A stretch of DNA of 64,000 nt, from positions 8,990,001 to 9,054,000 of the forward strand of contig OZ024747.1 of assembly GCA_964016885.1 (NCBI GenBank), written 5' to 3'. The notes beneath the pieces were generated by a model. The model had not been told where the DNA came from. It ran no database searches and was given only the letters and a program-made list of their open reading frames with translations. The position numbers were made by a program, and so were the translations under genes. This document shows, one piece after another, positions 27,134-40,533 of the stretch. Positions within the stretch are counted from its first letter, which is position 1, and each line of letters begins with the position of its first letter. The stretch comes from Eledone cirrhosa. Its lineage: Eukaryota.

Positions 27134-28097
27134 ATAATAAGGAGCAAGAATGACGTATCAATAAAACATCATTATGTGTGAATAAACATGATGTTATATT
27201 GATATTTCATCCCTGCTCCTTATCATTATTAACACTCTGCTTCCTAAGGATATTAGCATTGAGTGCTTAATCTGGTGAACCATCAGTAACTAGACATTAC
27301 ACACTAATATACTATCTCTCTCTCCCTCTCTCTGCTCAGAACGGACAGCTGAAGATTGGAAATTGTTTCTTTGGAGTGTCCAATTATATAAATACACACA
27401 CACACATATATATATATATGTATGTATGTATATATATATATATAAATATATATATACATATATATATATATATCAGATACAAGGTCATAAGTATATGTGA
27501 AGTTAATAGATGATATAATATATATTGGAAAAATAATAAAACGAAATAAAACATCAAATAACTGTTTGTATGTGTTTGTCCTTTTGGGATCAATAAAGTA
27601 GGAGACAAAGAGGCGGAGGATTGGTGGAAGAGATGTAGAATCAGACAGAATACTTTGCACTAAGTGATCCGACTCTTTGTGATCTTAGTTCAAATCCCTC
27701 CTCCTTCTTCCAGATGTTGGAATCAACAGATAGTATCAGCAATGGAAACTTTGTTTCCTTGGTCCAATCTGATGACTGACTCCATTCTTTTGTCTACCTG
27801 AGACACACAATCACACACCTGTTATGTGTGTGTGTGTGTTTTAATATATACAAACAGGTATCACAATAATATCTATATTTAGATCATATATGCAAAATAA
27901 CTTTTTTTTAACATTTGGAGATATAGGTATTTTATTGTATGTGAAAAAAAATATATATATATACATATATATATATATATTATAGACTCGAGACCCCGAC
28001 GGCTGAGCTTTTGCCGTTTCTACAGCTAGTCTACTACCTCAAGTATCGAGTAATCTTTTGAGCAATGGTTTAACCAGTTTCAAACTGAATCCATCCC

Positions 28098-28130
<33 letters not shown>

Positions 28131-28145
28131 GAGAGAGAGAGAGAG

Positions 28146-28972
28146 TCTTTATTTGCCACAAGGGCACACAAGAAAAGGGGACAATACAAAGACATGCCGG
28201 GGATTTTACATACAGTCGTGTAAAAAATATAAAACAAACAATTACAACAATCGAAATCCCCAATAGGGGGGAGGCGCCACAAATGGGTTGTTTAATACCC
28301 CGTCGATAGAACAACCCTCAACTTCAGGAGCGTGTTGTGCAAGTGCTCCTTTCTTCCTTTTGCTCTCTTCTTTAACCTACAGGCTTATAAACAGAGAAGG
28401 CCCAATCACTCGGGCCATTTTCACTTCATTCACCCACCTTTAGTAAATGTACTGGGGTGCATGCCTCTCTCTCCACTCTGATTCTCCTTCTAAAGTGATA
28501 CTTAAAGAAGGGAATCAATTGTTGTTCGGAGAGAAAGGCATCTGTCCTCAATCCTCTCAACCTCGTCCACCATATAACTTCTTTCACCATAGCCACCGTA
28601 CAGAGGAAAACCACCTCTCTTTCGTTTTTGAAAGAAGTTGGCGGTTTGATCCTTACTATGGACTCGGCAGTCAACTGGATTTGTCCCATACGCAACAGCA
28701 GTTGTTCTGCATAGTTCCACAGGTCGGTTACGCCCGGGCAGTGTACAATTGCGTGCAGGACTGTTTCAATGTCCTGTGCGCATCTTGGACACGTCCTCGT
28801 GGAAGGATCCCTGCCGGGGTGTCCGTGCCTGTAGATCTTGTCACGAACCGGTAGAGCTCCTTGGTAGCACTGACAGGCCAGGGACCTCTGGAAGTTGTCC
28901 ATAGGTCCCGAGCGGAAAGTCCTACCAAACAGACTGGTGAGCCCATCGCCTTTGACGCCCAGAGTCTCTCCG
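28146..28972 (-). mobile_element. 5'-truncated L1/Tx1-type LINE (zf-RVT C-terminus and 3' UTR)
   Basis: ORF 28426-28902: CYQGALPVRDKIYRHG..TCPRC..ETVLHAIVHCP..LW. AATAAA followed by (TC)n at the 3' end. A related 3' stub is at 6105-6190. Confidence 0.8.
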
Positions 28973-29362
28973 AGATATAGATAGATAGATAGATATATAT
29001 ATCATCATCATCGTTTAATGTCCATTTTTCCATGCTTGCATGAGTTAGATGGATTGCCATGTTATGAGACAAGTCAGGTCCATAGACCATGTCATGCTCA
29101 TACAGATCTGTATTTTGGCTTGGTTTCTATGGTTGGATGCCCTTCCTAACACCAACCACATTACAGTCTGGGTGCCTTTTATTGGGTGCTTTTTATCGTG
29201 GCACCGCAACGACCACCTTACAGAGTGGACTGGGTGCTTTTTGTTGTGTCAGCAACACGACCACCTTACAGGTTGGATTATATGCTTTTTTGTTGTCGCC
29301 AGGATGACCACCTTACAGAGTAAACTGGGTGCTTATATATAATAATATATATATATATGTAC

Positions 29363-29396
<34 letters not shown>

Positions 29397-29656
29397 ATAT
29401 ATATATGCATCTCTCTCTCTATATATATATACATATGGCATTTTTCTATTATTTCTACTGTAGTTTCCGTACCACCCTATTTAAAGATTAAATTTTAACA
29501 TTTACGAGAATGGAATGAGAACACTTCTTACGTAGCACCAAAACAGTTTACTGGTGGGAAGATGGCGTGATGTGAATATATTTGTGTGTTTCTTAGAGAT
29601 TAATTTATACAAAACACACTTGCACGACACTTAATACAAACGCAACGAATAATAAG

Positions 29657-29832
29657 TGTTTCTACTTTTGGCACAAGGCCAGCAATTATCCCAGTGCATT
29701 ACTGGTACTTTATTTTATCGACCCCGTAAGGATGAAAGGCAAAGTTAACCTCGGCGGGATTTGAACTCAGACCATAAAGGAACGTAACTCTTTGCTGCAA
29801 AGCATGGTGTCCCTCTACCGATATTGCCAATC
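29657..29832 (-). mobile_element. SINE family A
   Basis: Near-identical to the other copies. Confidence 0.88.
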
Positions 29833-30225
29833 TATTTCTTAACAATAAAATGGTGTTGATGGTGATGGTTTCTAACTTAGGTCCAAGGCAAGATATATTA
29901 GGGAGATTTCGAAGTCGACTGAACCGACGCCAGTACTTATCTTATCGACCCCTAGAAGGATAAAAACGGAGTTGGCCTCAGTGAGAATTGAACCCAAATA
30001 ATTGTTTCTACATTTGACAACACCAACAATTGAACTCATAATAATAATTCCTTTCTTTAATAATAATATAAATAGATGGGGATTAGGGAGGGCCACGATA
30101 AGATAGATATGTAGTTAAGATATCAATATATATATAAACACACACGCACACACAGGGTGTCCCCAAAAAACGTATACACACTTCAACAGCATTCTAATAA
30201 ATACGTGCATGCATTTTTTGGGATA

Positions 30226-30259
<34 letters not shown>

Positions 30260-30425
30260 GGCATCAGAAGAGATTATTATATATATACATAAAAATCTAT
30301 TGGATCAATTCACCATTTCATATTCGGAAGACACGGCTTTCGCTGAAGATTGTCATTAATAGCTAATGGGCGAGGGGATATCCCTCTCTACTCTCTAACT
30401 CACATACACACACACACACATCCAC

Positions 30426-30476
<51 letters not shown>

Positions 30477-30552
30477 CATATACGTTTATATATATATATA
30501 TCCGTGTATATGTATGTATATATATATACATACATATACACGTATATGTATG

Positions 30553-30596
<44 letters not shown>

Positions 30597-30626
30597 CATA
30601 TACACGGATATATATAAACGTATATG

Positions 30627-30660
<34 letters not shown>

Positions 30661-31009
30661 AACGATAAATATATATGTACATTATATACTGTGTACGTTT
30701 GTTTGTGTGTAATATATACATATATACGCACTCAGTCGAATTTTGACGGTGTTTATTTAGCCAGCGTGGGGAGTGTCTTAATAAAAGAAAAAATAAATAT
30801 TACAAAAACGAAAAAGAGAAAACTCTACAGGCATTTGTCTGCGATGGGTGGGGGTCATCCATTAACGGTCAGATATCGGGGAGACGATGGAATGTATTGA
30901 AAATAATTGTTTCTACTTTGAAAATAATAACATCATCGTACGAGAATACACACATTATATATATATATAATGCGTGTATTCTCGTACGACGATGTTATAT
31001 ATATATATG

Positions 31010-31868
31010 ATATACACACATATAATACATCATATATATATAATACACACATATATACGCCATATATATATCATATACACATATATATATCATATATATA
31101 TCATACACACCATATATATATATATATATCATACACACATATATACACCATATATATATATCATACACACATATATACACCATATATATATATATATATC
31201 ATACACACATATATACACCATATATATATATATCATACACACATATATACATATATCATACACACATATATACACCATATATATATATCATACACACATA
31301 TATACACCATATATATATATATCATACACACATATATACACCATATATATATATATCATACACACATATATACACCATATATATATATATCATACACACA
31401 TATATACACCATATATATATATATCATACACACATATATACACCATATATATATATATCATACACACATATATACACCATATATATATATATCATACACA
31501 CATATATACACCATATATATATATATCATACACACATATATACACCATATATATATATATCATACACACATATATACACCATATATATATATATCATACA
31601 CACATATATACACCATATATATATATATCATACACACATATATACACCATATATATATATATCATACACACATATATACACCATATATATATATATCATA
31701 CACACATATATACACCATATATATATATATCATACACACATATATACACCATATATATATATATCATACACACATATATACACCATATATATATATATCA
31801 TACACACATATATACACCATATATATATATATATATATATCATACACACATATATACATCATATATAT
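31010..31868. repeat. ~30-bp minisatellite ATCATACACACATATATACACC(AT)n
   Basis: More than 20 near-identical tandem units. Confidence 0.95.
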
Positions 31869-33458
31869 AATAAAAATGGACAAAATCACAATAAGAAAAT
31901 GTAAATTTATATGAAGAACAACAAAAGGCTGCGAACGAGCTTGCAATTCTTCTCTTTTGAGCTTGCATTCTTCTCTTTCACCATGTGGTATGGAAGAGAG
32001 AAGTGCTGTATAATAAATAAATAAATCTGTTCTTCTCAATGGCAGAAAAGTCATGAATTAATAAGGAATAGATGGGGAGGAAGAGTTGAGAATGTGTAAC
32101 GTAAGCCTTTCTCGGTGAACAATAAATACAGTTAAAACGACTAGAAACTACAGATTTAGTCACATAATAATAATAATTAGTATAAACGGAGTCTGAGATA
32201 CAATTTCGATTCCTAGCCGAAATTATTTCACTTCATTTTATTTATATAGAGTGAAAGGCACGAACGAGATAACATTTTTTTTTCTACTAAACAATATATA
32301 TTCTTGTGTCTAATCAAAATACACGATAATGAAATATCAATTCGTTCATATCCCTTAAAAGCAAAATTTATTACGAAATAAAAACAAAAAACAAACAGAT
32401 TCCCAGTAAATGAAAAAAATCATAAAAATACTGTTGTGAAGAAGAAGAAAAAAAACAGGAAGAATGATAGTTAATGAAAGAACGTGAACACTAATTTAGA
32501 ATGAAAATAATAACTATCATTTCTTGTTAGATTGGCACAAAAACAAGACATTTATGGGGAGGGGATGCCGTCGATCAAATCAACCTCAGTACTTGACTGC
32601 TAGGAATTTACTCTAACGCTCCACCCTTTCCGCCACTAGAAATATTATTAAAAAAAACAAAGCAAAACATTTTTGCCATAAATAAGGGCAAAGAATAAAA
32701 ACTAAACACGAAATATGACAAAAGAAATAAATAGATATGACACCAGGAATTTCTTTTAGATTAAGCGTAATAATAATGGCATTATTATTTACAAGAAAAG
32801 AAATTATAATGAAATGCATATAATGTGTGTGTTGTGTGTGTGTGTATGAATGTATGTATGTATCTGTGTGTGTGTTTATTTCATCGACCAGAGACGGGTG
32901 GAAGATGAATTCGACCCCGAGCAGTCGGTCAATATTTTCTTTATTTGTCACAAAGGAGGCAAACCTCAAGAAACAAAGCAACAGAACATTAGAGTACATA
33001 TAAACGAATAAATATAGAGCACTTTAAAATGATTTCATAGCTTGGCACAAAGCCACGAATTTTACGAGTGAACGATATAGTCGACGAAATAGACTTCAGT
33101 AAATGACTGGTACCACCCCGGGGTGTGTGGGGCAGAACTAAAGATTGAACTTCTCAGCAGCGATAATTATTATTATCATTTTCTCCTCGCTCGGTAAAGG
33201 TCTTAGGGATTTAGAGGTTGGACTTTGTAAAATTCCTAGCAATTATGAGCATATATATATTTAAATATATATATATAATAGCCTGTTTATTAAACAGGGC
33301 GATGCAGTACATTAGATTCGGATGATGTACGATTTGGAAAGTTTAAACTTTCATACCTTTCCCAAAGTCATTGGCGACGAAAATGGAATGGCTACAGTGG
33401 GGAGAAACTGTAACCCGGTCGCAACTAAAATACCGAAAATTCGATAATTTTATTTTAA

Positions 33459-33511
<53 letters not shown>

Positions 33512-33676
33512 GGCTTTCTTTGTAAAATAAGGTTTGCATCGGTTATATGACCAGACTTCACAACGTTGTATAAATACACATGTATGTATGTGTTAACTAT
33601 ATCGTAAACAGTTATGATTTCTTTTAAACATAAATTTATATATAAAGACCGGTCGTACATATAGATATCATTCATA

Positions 33677-33710
<34 letters not shown>

Positions 33711-34191
33711 GGCAGGAGTATGCAATAGGAAAGTAGAAAGAGTGCCAAAATCTGGAATATATTAAAAGAAAACCAGTCAGATTTAGTTTTCGTAAAGACG
33801 TTGGTAGCAATTATAGTAAACGAGATAGTAAAAGAAAGGAAGAGAAGTAAGCCAGAGATTTAAAGTGAGGGAAAGAGAAGCAAAGAAGAATGAATATATA
33901 TATATATATATATAAATCAGTGAAGGATTAGCAGAGTTAACAGTTTATTTTAGTTTGCCAAAAGATGAATATAAAAACACATGCACAAGTGTCAGGATAA
34001 TTTCTTCCGCAGGTGCAGTGTATATCTTAAAAGAGTTTTACAGGTAGATTTCCGTGCACCTGGAAATATTTCTTGCAAAGCTGTTGAAGGCGAAATTAAG
34101 TTGCGAATGGCTGTCTTTCACTCACGTAACCGAGGCCAACCTGCCTTAACCTGCTTACACACACATGTTTGTATGCATGTGTATATATGTA

Positions 34192-34255
<64 letters not shown>

Positions 34256-34429
34256 ATATATTTAAGCTCAATGTGTTTTAAGAAATCTATTCCCTCATCT
34301 GAATTTGTTATGTGTGTATGTGTGTGTATATATATATAGTTATTTTCTACTTGAGCTAAATATACACATACATTTACAAACACACAAACACATATGTGTG
34401 TGTAAATATATGTATAGATAGATGAAATC

Positions 34430-35285
34430 ATTTTACACCTGCTTTTGTATGATTACATGGTTAGGACAGGTCTTTTCCAGCACATCCCTCCACTCATTAA
34501 GTTCCTGTTTCGTCTTTGTCAGCATCAATGATGTGGGATTAGTTCTCATCACCTCTATGTCTTCGTTGCTTTTCCTCTACTGTGGTTTCCTTCCATTAGG
34601 ATATTTGGCACTTCTTCGCCCAACACCCATCAATCACATGTATCACATGTCCATACCAGCGCAGTCTTCTTTCTTCTCTCTTGCATACTACATCTGATTC
34701 CTCTTATACGTGGTTTTTCTTCCACTTAATCCATGCTCCGTTGTTCACACACATTAACACTGCACATCCATCGAAGACTACCCTCTTCATTTCTATCCAG
34801 CCCTCGCATATTCTTTGCATTTATTGCTCATGTCTCACTACTATTCAGCATCACACATTGCATGAAAACATCATACAGCCTGCCTTTCATTCATAGAGAG
34901 AAACCCTTTGGTGTCAACCGAGGTAGTAGTTCCCTGAACTTTTTCCACCTTATTCTTATTCTAGCTACTATGATCTCAGGGCAACCTCTTTCCCTGCTAA
35001 TTATATCATCAAAGTCACAGAAGCTATCAACCACTTCTATGGAGCCTTCTTGGGATTGGAAAAAATTTATTTGATGATCTTACTACCAATATCCCGGTGC
35101 TTCTGCCACATACAGTTTACCTTTTCTGTTAGTCTACCTGCTATCCCACTACACCACCTGTGTACCGACCATTTATATTGTGTACATACTATAGATTTTT
35201 GACATACTCCTTTTCTACATATTGAACAGGACCACTTTCCTGGTGATGAGATCAAGGTCCTGTCTTCTTTCCTGCTTACTAAAAC
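34430..35285 (-). mobile_element. Degenerate RTE-clade LINE ORF2 fragment
   Basis: VLVSRK..GKWSCSICRKGV..SIVCTQ..VHRWCSGI, followed by RIRIRWKKFRELLPRLTPKGFSL and a downstream RLRWYGH..GKPQ-type motif. Other fragments at ~54690-54830 and 60570-60800. Confidence 0.75.
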
Positions 35286-35349
35286 ATATACTATATATAT
35301 ACTATATATATATATACTATATATATACTATATATATACGTTGCTGATC

Positions 35350-36550
35350 TACATGATAAATACACTAAGTACACACTGTGAAGTGGTTGGTGAGGAAAGG
35401 CACCCAGTCATAGAAATCTTGCCAATCAATCAAAAGGTCGGGAGGACCCTTCAATTGTTTCAAAGACCTGATAACCTCTGTAGTGCTGGTGTCATGATAA
35501 AATGCACTCGGTAGAACATGGAACTATATATAAACGTGATGCAAATCCCTGGCCTGTCTGGGATGTCAGTAGCACCCACCTCAGTCCTGACTTTGTCTGT
35601 GAAGACCCATCTAACCCTTGCTAACAGGGAAAATGGACATTTAATAATGATGATGATATATATAAGGGTACCCCACTCTAGATACCATGCTAAAAAGGGT
35701 TGAGAAGATCCCTCAGTTGTGCCAATAGTACAACAACCTCTCTAGTATTGGTGATCTACACAAAGACACCCAGTACACACTGTAAAGTGATTGGTGATAG
35801 GAAAAGCATCTGGCTGTAGAAAGATTGCCAAACAAAAGGTGGGGAGGACCCTCCAATTGTGTCAAAGTCCTGACAACCTCTCTAGTGTTGGTGCGACAAT
35901 AAAATTCACTTTGTATAACATGGAGCTGTATGTAAGCAAGATGTGAACTCCTAGCCTGTCTGGGAGGTCAGTAGCCCCACTTCAGTACTGATTCTGTCTG
36001 CGAAGACCAATCCAACTCTTGCTAGCATGGAAAGTGGACATGATCATATCTATCTACCTATATATTATAAGTGTGTCTGTATATATATATATACTGGTAA
36101 TAAGGTAGTAATAAATTACTGTCTTTCACTGTTTAGGGTTTAAAATATATATAACTACAAAAGGTTTTAGTATATACATAACCATAAATAGTATCCTTAA
36201 TACTATATATATATACACATCAGCATCAATTTTACATCAGCTTTTCCATGCTTAGATGGGTCCTTCACAGTATGGCATCACTCCACTTGCCATGTTCCTT
36301 CATAATCTCCATGGCCAGTCTTAGCGATTAGAAGTCAGTCCTCCCAACATCTGCCCAGGTCTTTCTTGGTCATCCTCGTGAAGTCTACATGTCTAGGAGA
36401 GTAGACACTCCCCATAAAAACTGATACAGGGTGGAGAGGACTCTTAAGTCTGGTAAGACAACCTCTCTAGTGCAGGTGGCACGAACAATGCACCCTGTCC
36501 ATGCTTTAAAGTAGTTGGTGATAGGAAGGACATCCAGCCAGTAAAACCCA
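35350..36550. mobile_element. Cluster of RTE-tail SINE/LINE 3'-end fragments
   Basis: Repeated ACACTGTAAAGTG(G/A)TTGGTGATAGGAA..GCATC..GTAGAAA and GCTAGCATGGAAAGTGGACAT. Similar fragments at 29000-29335, 39880-40150, 53580-53670. Confidence 0.6.
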
Positions 36551-37167
36551 GCTATAATTATGAAAAGCACACATATATATACAATTATAAATGCATATAC
36601 ACACGTACACATTCATATATATACACACATATACATATATATACACACACATATATATAAATATATATATATGCATAGAAATGAAAGAATAAATAATAAT
36701 TTCATATTCTTGACTATATTTATAATATATATATATATATATGTATGTATATATATATATACATATGCATGTATATATATACATACATATGCATGTATAT
36801 ATATATATATATGCAGCATGGTTGAATGGTTAAGGAGTTAGCTTCGCTATCATTAAGTCCAAGGTGGGATCCCACTGCATGGCATCTTGAGTGTCAATTA
36901 CAATAGCTTTGAGTTGACCTATGTCTTGGGAATGAAACTGTGGAGACGGAAACTGGTCGGAAGCTGTCGGATAGACTGTACTACTTGCAATTCGTAGTGG
37001 AAGCCTCGTCATACACTGTGCCAAGCTTACTCTCCCAGGGAATTACATTATGGGTACACGTGTTTGTGGCATGCTGGGCCACCTACACGATAATTTCATG
37101 AGTAGGCTGTTCCATTGATCGAATAACTGGAATGCTAATCGTCGAAACCGGCGGAGTTCCATTCCAC

Positions 37168-37199
<32 letters not shown>

Positions 37200-37273
37200 T
37201 TCTTATATTTCTGGTGGCCCTTGAAATATGTATAATGAAATAAATATGGTTTTATAAATATAGTTTCCATTTG

Positions 37274-37306
<33 letters not shown>

Positions 37307-37435
37307 TGAGATTCTACAGGACTAGAAACTGTTATACTCTGCTATGTATTGAGTACCTTACTTACTGTGGTTACCTCCGATTCAACCCGGAATAACGTAT
37401 ATATATATACTCATACATATATGTATGTGCATGGA

Positions 37436-37483
<48 letters not shown>

Positions 37484-37486
<3 letters not shown>

Positions 37487-37562
37487 GGGTGTCCCCCAAA
37501 ATGTATACATACTTCAACAGCATTCTAATCAAAGTATGTATACATTTTTGGGGGTCACCCTG
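37484..37562. mobile_element. Tc1/mariner-type mini-MITE in (TA)n
   Basis: TA-CAGGG(G)TGTCCCCCAAAATGTATAC...GTATACATTTTTGGGGG.CACCCTG-TA. Copies at 30153-30228, 39234-39332, 44261-44323. Confidence 0.8.
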
Positions 37563-39191
37563 TAGTATATATATATATATATATTCTTCTACTGGCTTCA
37601 ACCATTGGATTGTGGCCATGCTGGAGCACCATTTACGTACTAACGCTTGACGCTTTCGTGATCAGAAATAACTATCAGTGTGAGAGCAAGCAACGTGACA
37701 TTTATGCCTTTCCTGATCTCATTAGTGATGTGAGTGAAAGAAGATATACCCACCACTGGGAATCGAACTAGCGTAGTTATTAGTCGTACGCTATTCAACA
37801 TATACAAATGTGTTTGCGCGTATATGATATGATATATATATATATATATATATATATAAGAGTTAAACAAGATTCAATGAGTACATCAAAGAATGAGTTT
37901 TACAATAGATTGGAAGCACTCTACAGTAAAAATAATATATATATATATATAAATACGCGCACACACACATATATCTATATATGCATCTATCTGCCTGTTT
38001 GTACACACACATACTTAAGTGGAATTCTTAGCAGAATCGTGACAGAGAAAGTGAAAAAATAAAACAACAACAACAAAAACCACTATGCCTTGAAAGAAAA
38101 ATAAATGCAAATTCAAGTGAAGTGAGGGAGGGGAAATCTGAAGAAACTGCAATGGGTCCAAGTATTTATATTATATATATGACCATGGTACTCACCTAAC
38201 TCCAGCATTGATATATCTAGGCTCTGAGAAAGGTAATGAAGCCGGTTGAAGCGGCGCAATGTTGAACTCCGATCGGCATAAAAGAAGTGCGCTAGAGGAG
38301 GGAGGCCATGCTAAGACGACAACAGAGATGGGAGAGAGCAGTCGCAGAAACGGAGTGGCAGAATGTGGTGTTAGTTATAGGAGTAAAAGTGCATAGCTTA
38401 GAGAGAGTAATAGAGGTGGGAGGGAAGGAACAGCAGCAAGAGGGAAAAAAAGGAGAAGAGAGAGTAACAAAAAGAGAAGCAGCAGCTAGAGAAAGGCAGA
38501 AAGAAAGAAGAAGCAGCAGCTAGAAAGAGAGAGAGGGAGAGATGAGAAGCAATAACTAGAGAGAAAAGGAAAGAGAGATAAGGAGCTATTGTGAGAGTGA
38601 TTGGTGGTATGGAGAGAGATTGGCTGTTGCGATCCTACCCGCTCTCACTCACTTTTGCTATTTTTATAATTTTATTGTGTTACATTTTATATTATTTATT
38701 TAGATGTATCTCTCACTTTCTCTTTGTCCCCCTTTGTCTTTCTCTTTCGCTAGCTCACCTATATTTTTTCTTTTTCTCCTCATATGTCTATCTTGATCTC
38801 TCTTCTCTCTTTTCGGTGCTTTCCTCTCTCCTCTCTCTTCTGTTTCAGTTTTTCTCTTTCTCCCTTGCTCATATCTCTAGCTCTCTCCCACAGTCTTTCT
38901 CCGAGGGAGGGAGAAAGAGACAGTGTACTTACTCTGTCAATCTATTTATCTTTTCCGTCTCGGCTTCCCTCGTTCTCACAATAAGAAAAGGAAGTGCACT
39001 CACAAATATGCGCACATTAATACATACACACACTAAACAGTAAGTGCATACACATACATACACTAAACTGTAACTACATACAGATGATAAACATACACAC
39101 ACGAAATTGTAAGTACAAACACATGATACACATACATACACACGCACATAAAGGAAAACGACAAAAAACAACGCATACACGGATATATATA

Positions 39192-39236
<45 letters not shown>

Positions 39237-39332
39237 GGTGTCCCAAAACATGTATACACACTTCAATAGCATTCTAAGAAATATTGCCTGTACAAGTAAT
39301 CAAAGTGTGTATATATTTTGGGGGGACACCCT

Positions 39333-39363
<31 letters not shown>

Positions 39364-39376
39364 ATGTATATATGTA

Positions 39377-39412
<36 letters not shown>

Positions 39413-39414
39413 CG

Positions 39415-39756
39415 TATCATCATCATCATCATTTCATTTTACGTCCGCTTTTTCCCTGCTTGCAAGGGTGGGACGGGAACTGATTCTGGCTTGATTTCTA
39501 CAGCTGGATGCCCTTCCTAACACCAACCTCATTTACAGTGAGTGCTGGGTGCTTTTTTGCCGTGGCACCTCCACGACCACTTTGCAGTGGAATGATAGGG
39601 ACCCCAGTCTCTATCATCTCATTTCTACAGCTGAGTAAACTGGAGCAATGTGAAATAAAGTGTCTTGCTCAAGGAAACAACACATCACCTGGTCTGAGAA
39701 TTGAACTCACAACCTTTCGATTGCAAGGCCAATGCTCTAACCACTAAGCCATGTGC
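39415..39756 (-). mobile_element. SINE family B with RTE-like tail
   Basis: Near-identical to 18745-19186, with internal deletions. Confidence 0.85.
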
Positions 39757-39762
39757 CCCCCC

Positions 39763-39797
<35 letters not shown>

Positions 39798-40533
39798 CAT
39801 GTGTATATATATATATATATATATACATGTGTATATATATATATATATATACATGTGTATATACATATATATATGTGTATGTGCATTATTTCACCCACCC
39901 ACTCCTTGGCACCACCTCCCTATCTGTTTATCTACAGTCCTCTCTCCCTCTTTCTTATACTATGGCTACATCCATGGGGTAGATGGAAGCTCTGTGAGCA
40001 ACCACTGAATAAAAACTGATACAGGATAGAGAGGACCCTTGATTCCAATAAGACAACCTATTTAGTGCTGGTGGCATGAAGAATGGACCCAGTCCACTCT
40101 ATAAAGTGGTTGGTGATAGGAAGGGCATATAGCCAGGATAATCCTGCCAGAAATATGAGCACAATATATAAGATTCGCAATAATTGCATATACATGACTA
40201 CCATTTGTCATGTTAGTATTGTGCATGATAGTGGGGTGGTTAATATAGCCATGTGTGAGAACCCCTTGACTGTCATCAAAGAATCACATACCCTTATTCC
40301 CTTCTAGGTACAAAGAACTACTAGTAATCACCACTGCTGGGTAACCAGAGGTGTAACTAGAGTATGGCAAACATAGCGTATGCCAAGGGTGCCACTTGAA
40401 GGGAAGGGCAGGGCACCACTTAGACTAGGAGCACTTTCTATTAAAGTCAGATAAACTATCGTCAGAAAGTGAAAAAAGAAACTTCTTCAGATGTATGATC
40501 TGTCACAAGACAACAAGAAATGCCTCGGCCCCT

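Noticed and set aside
27740-27790. Possible permuted hammerhead (GAAAC..GTTTC..CTGATGA) in the third SINE tail type
   Set aside because: Helices I and II cannot be formed convincingly, and sister copies read TTGACGA or ATGACGA.
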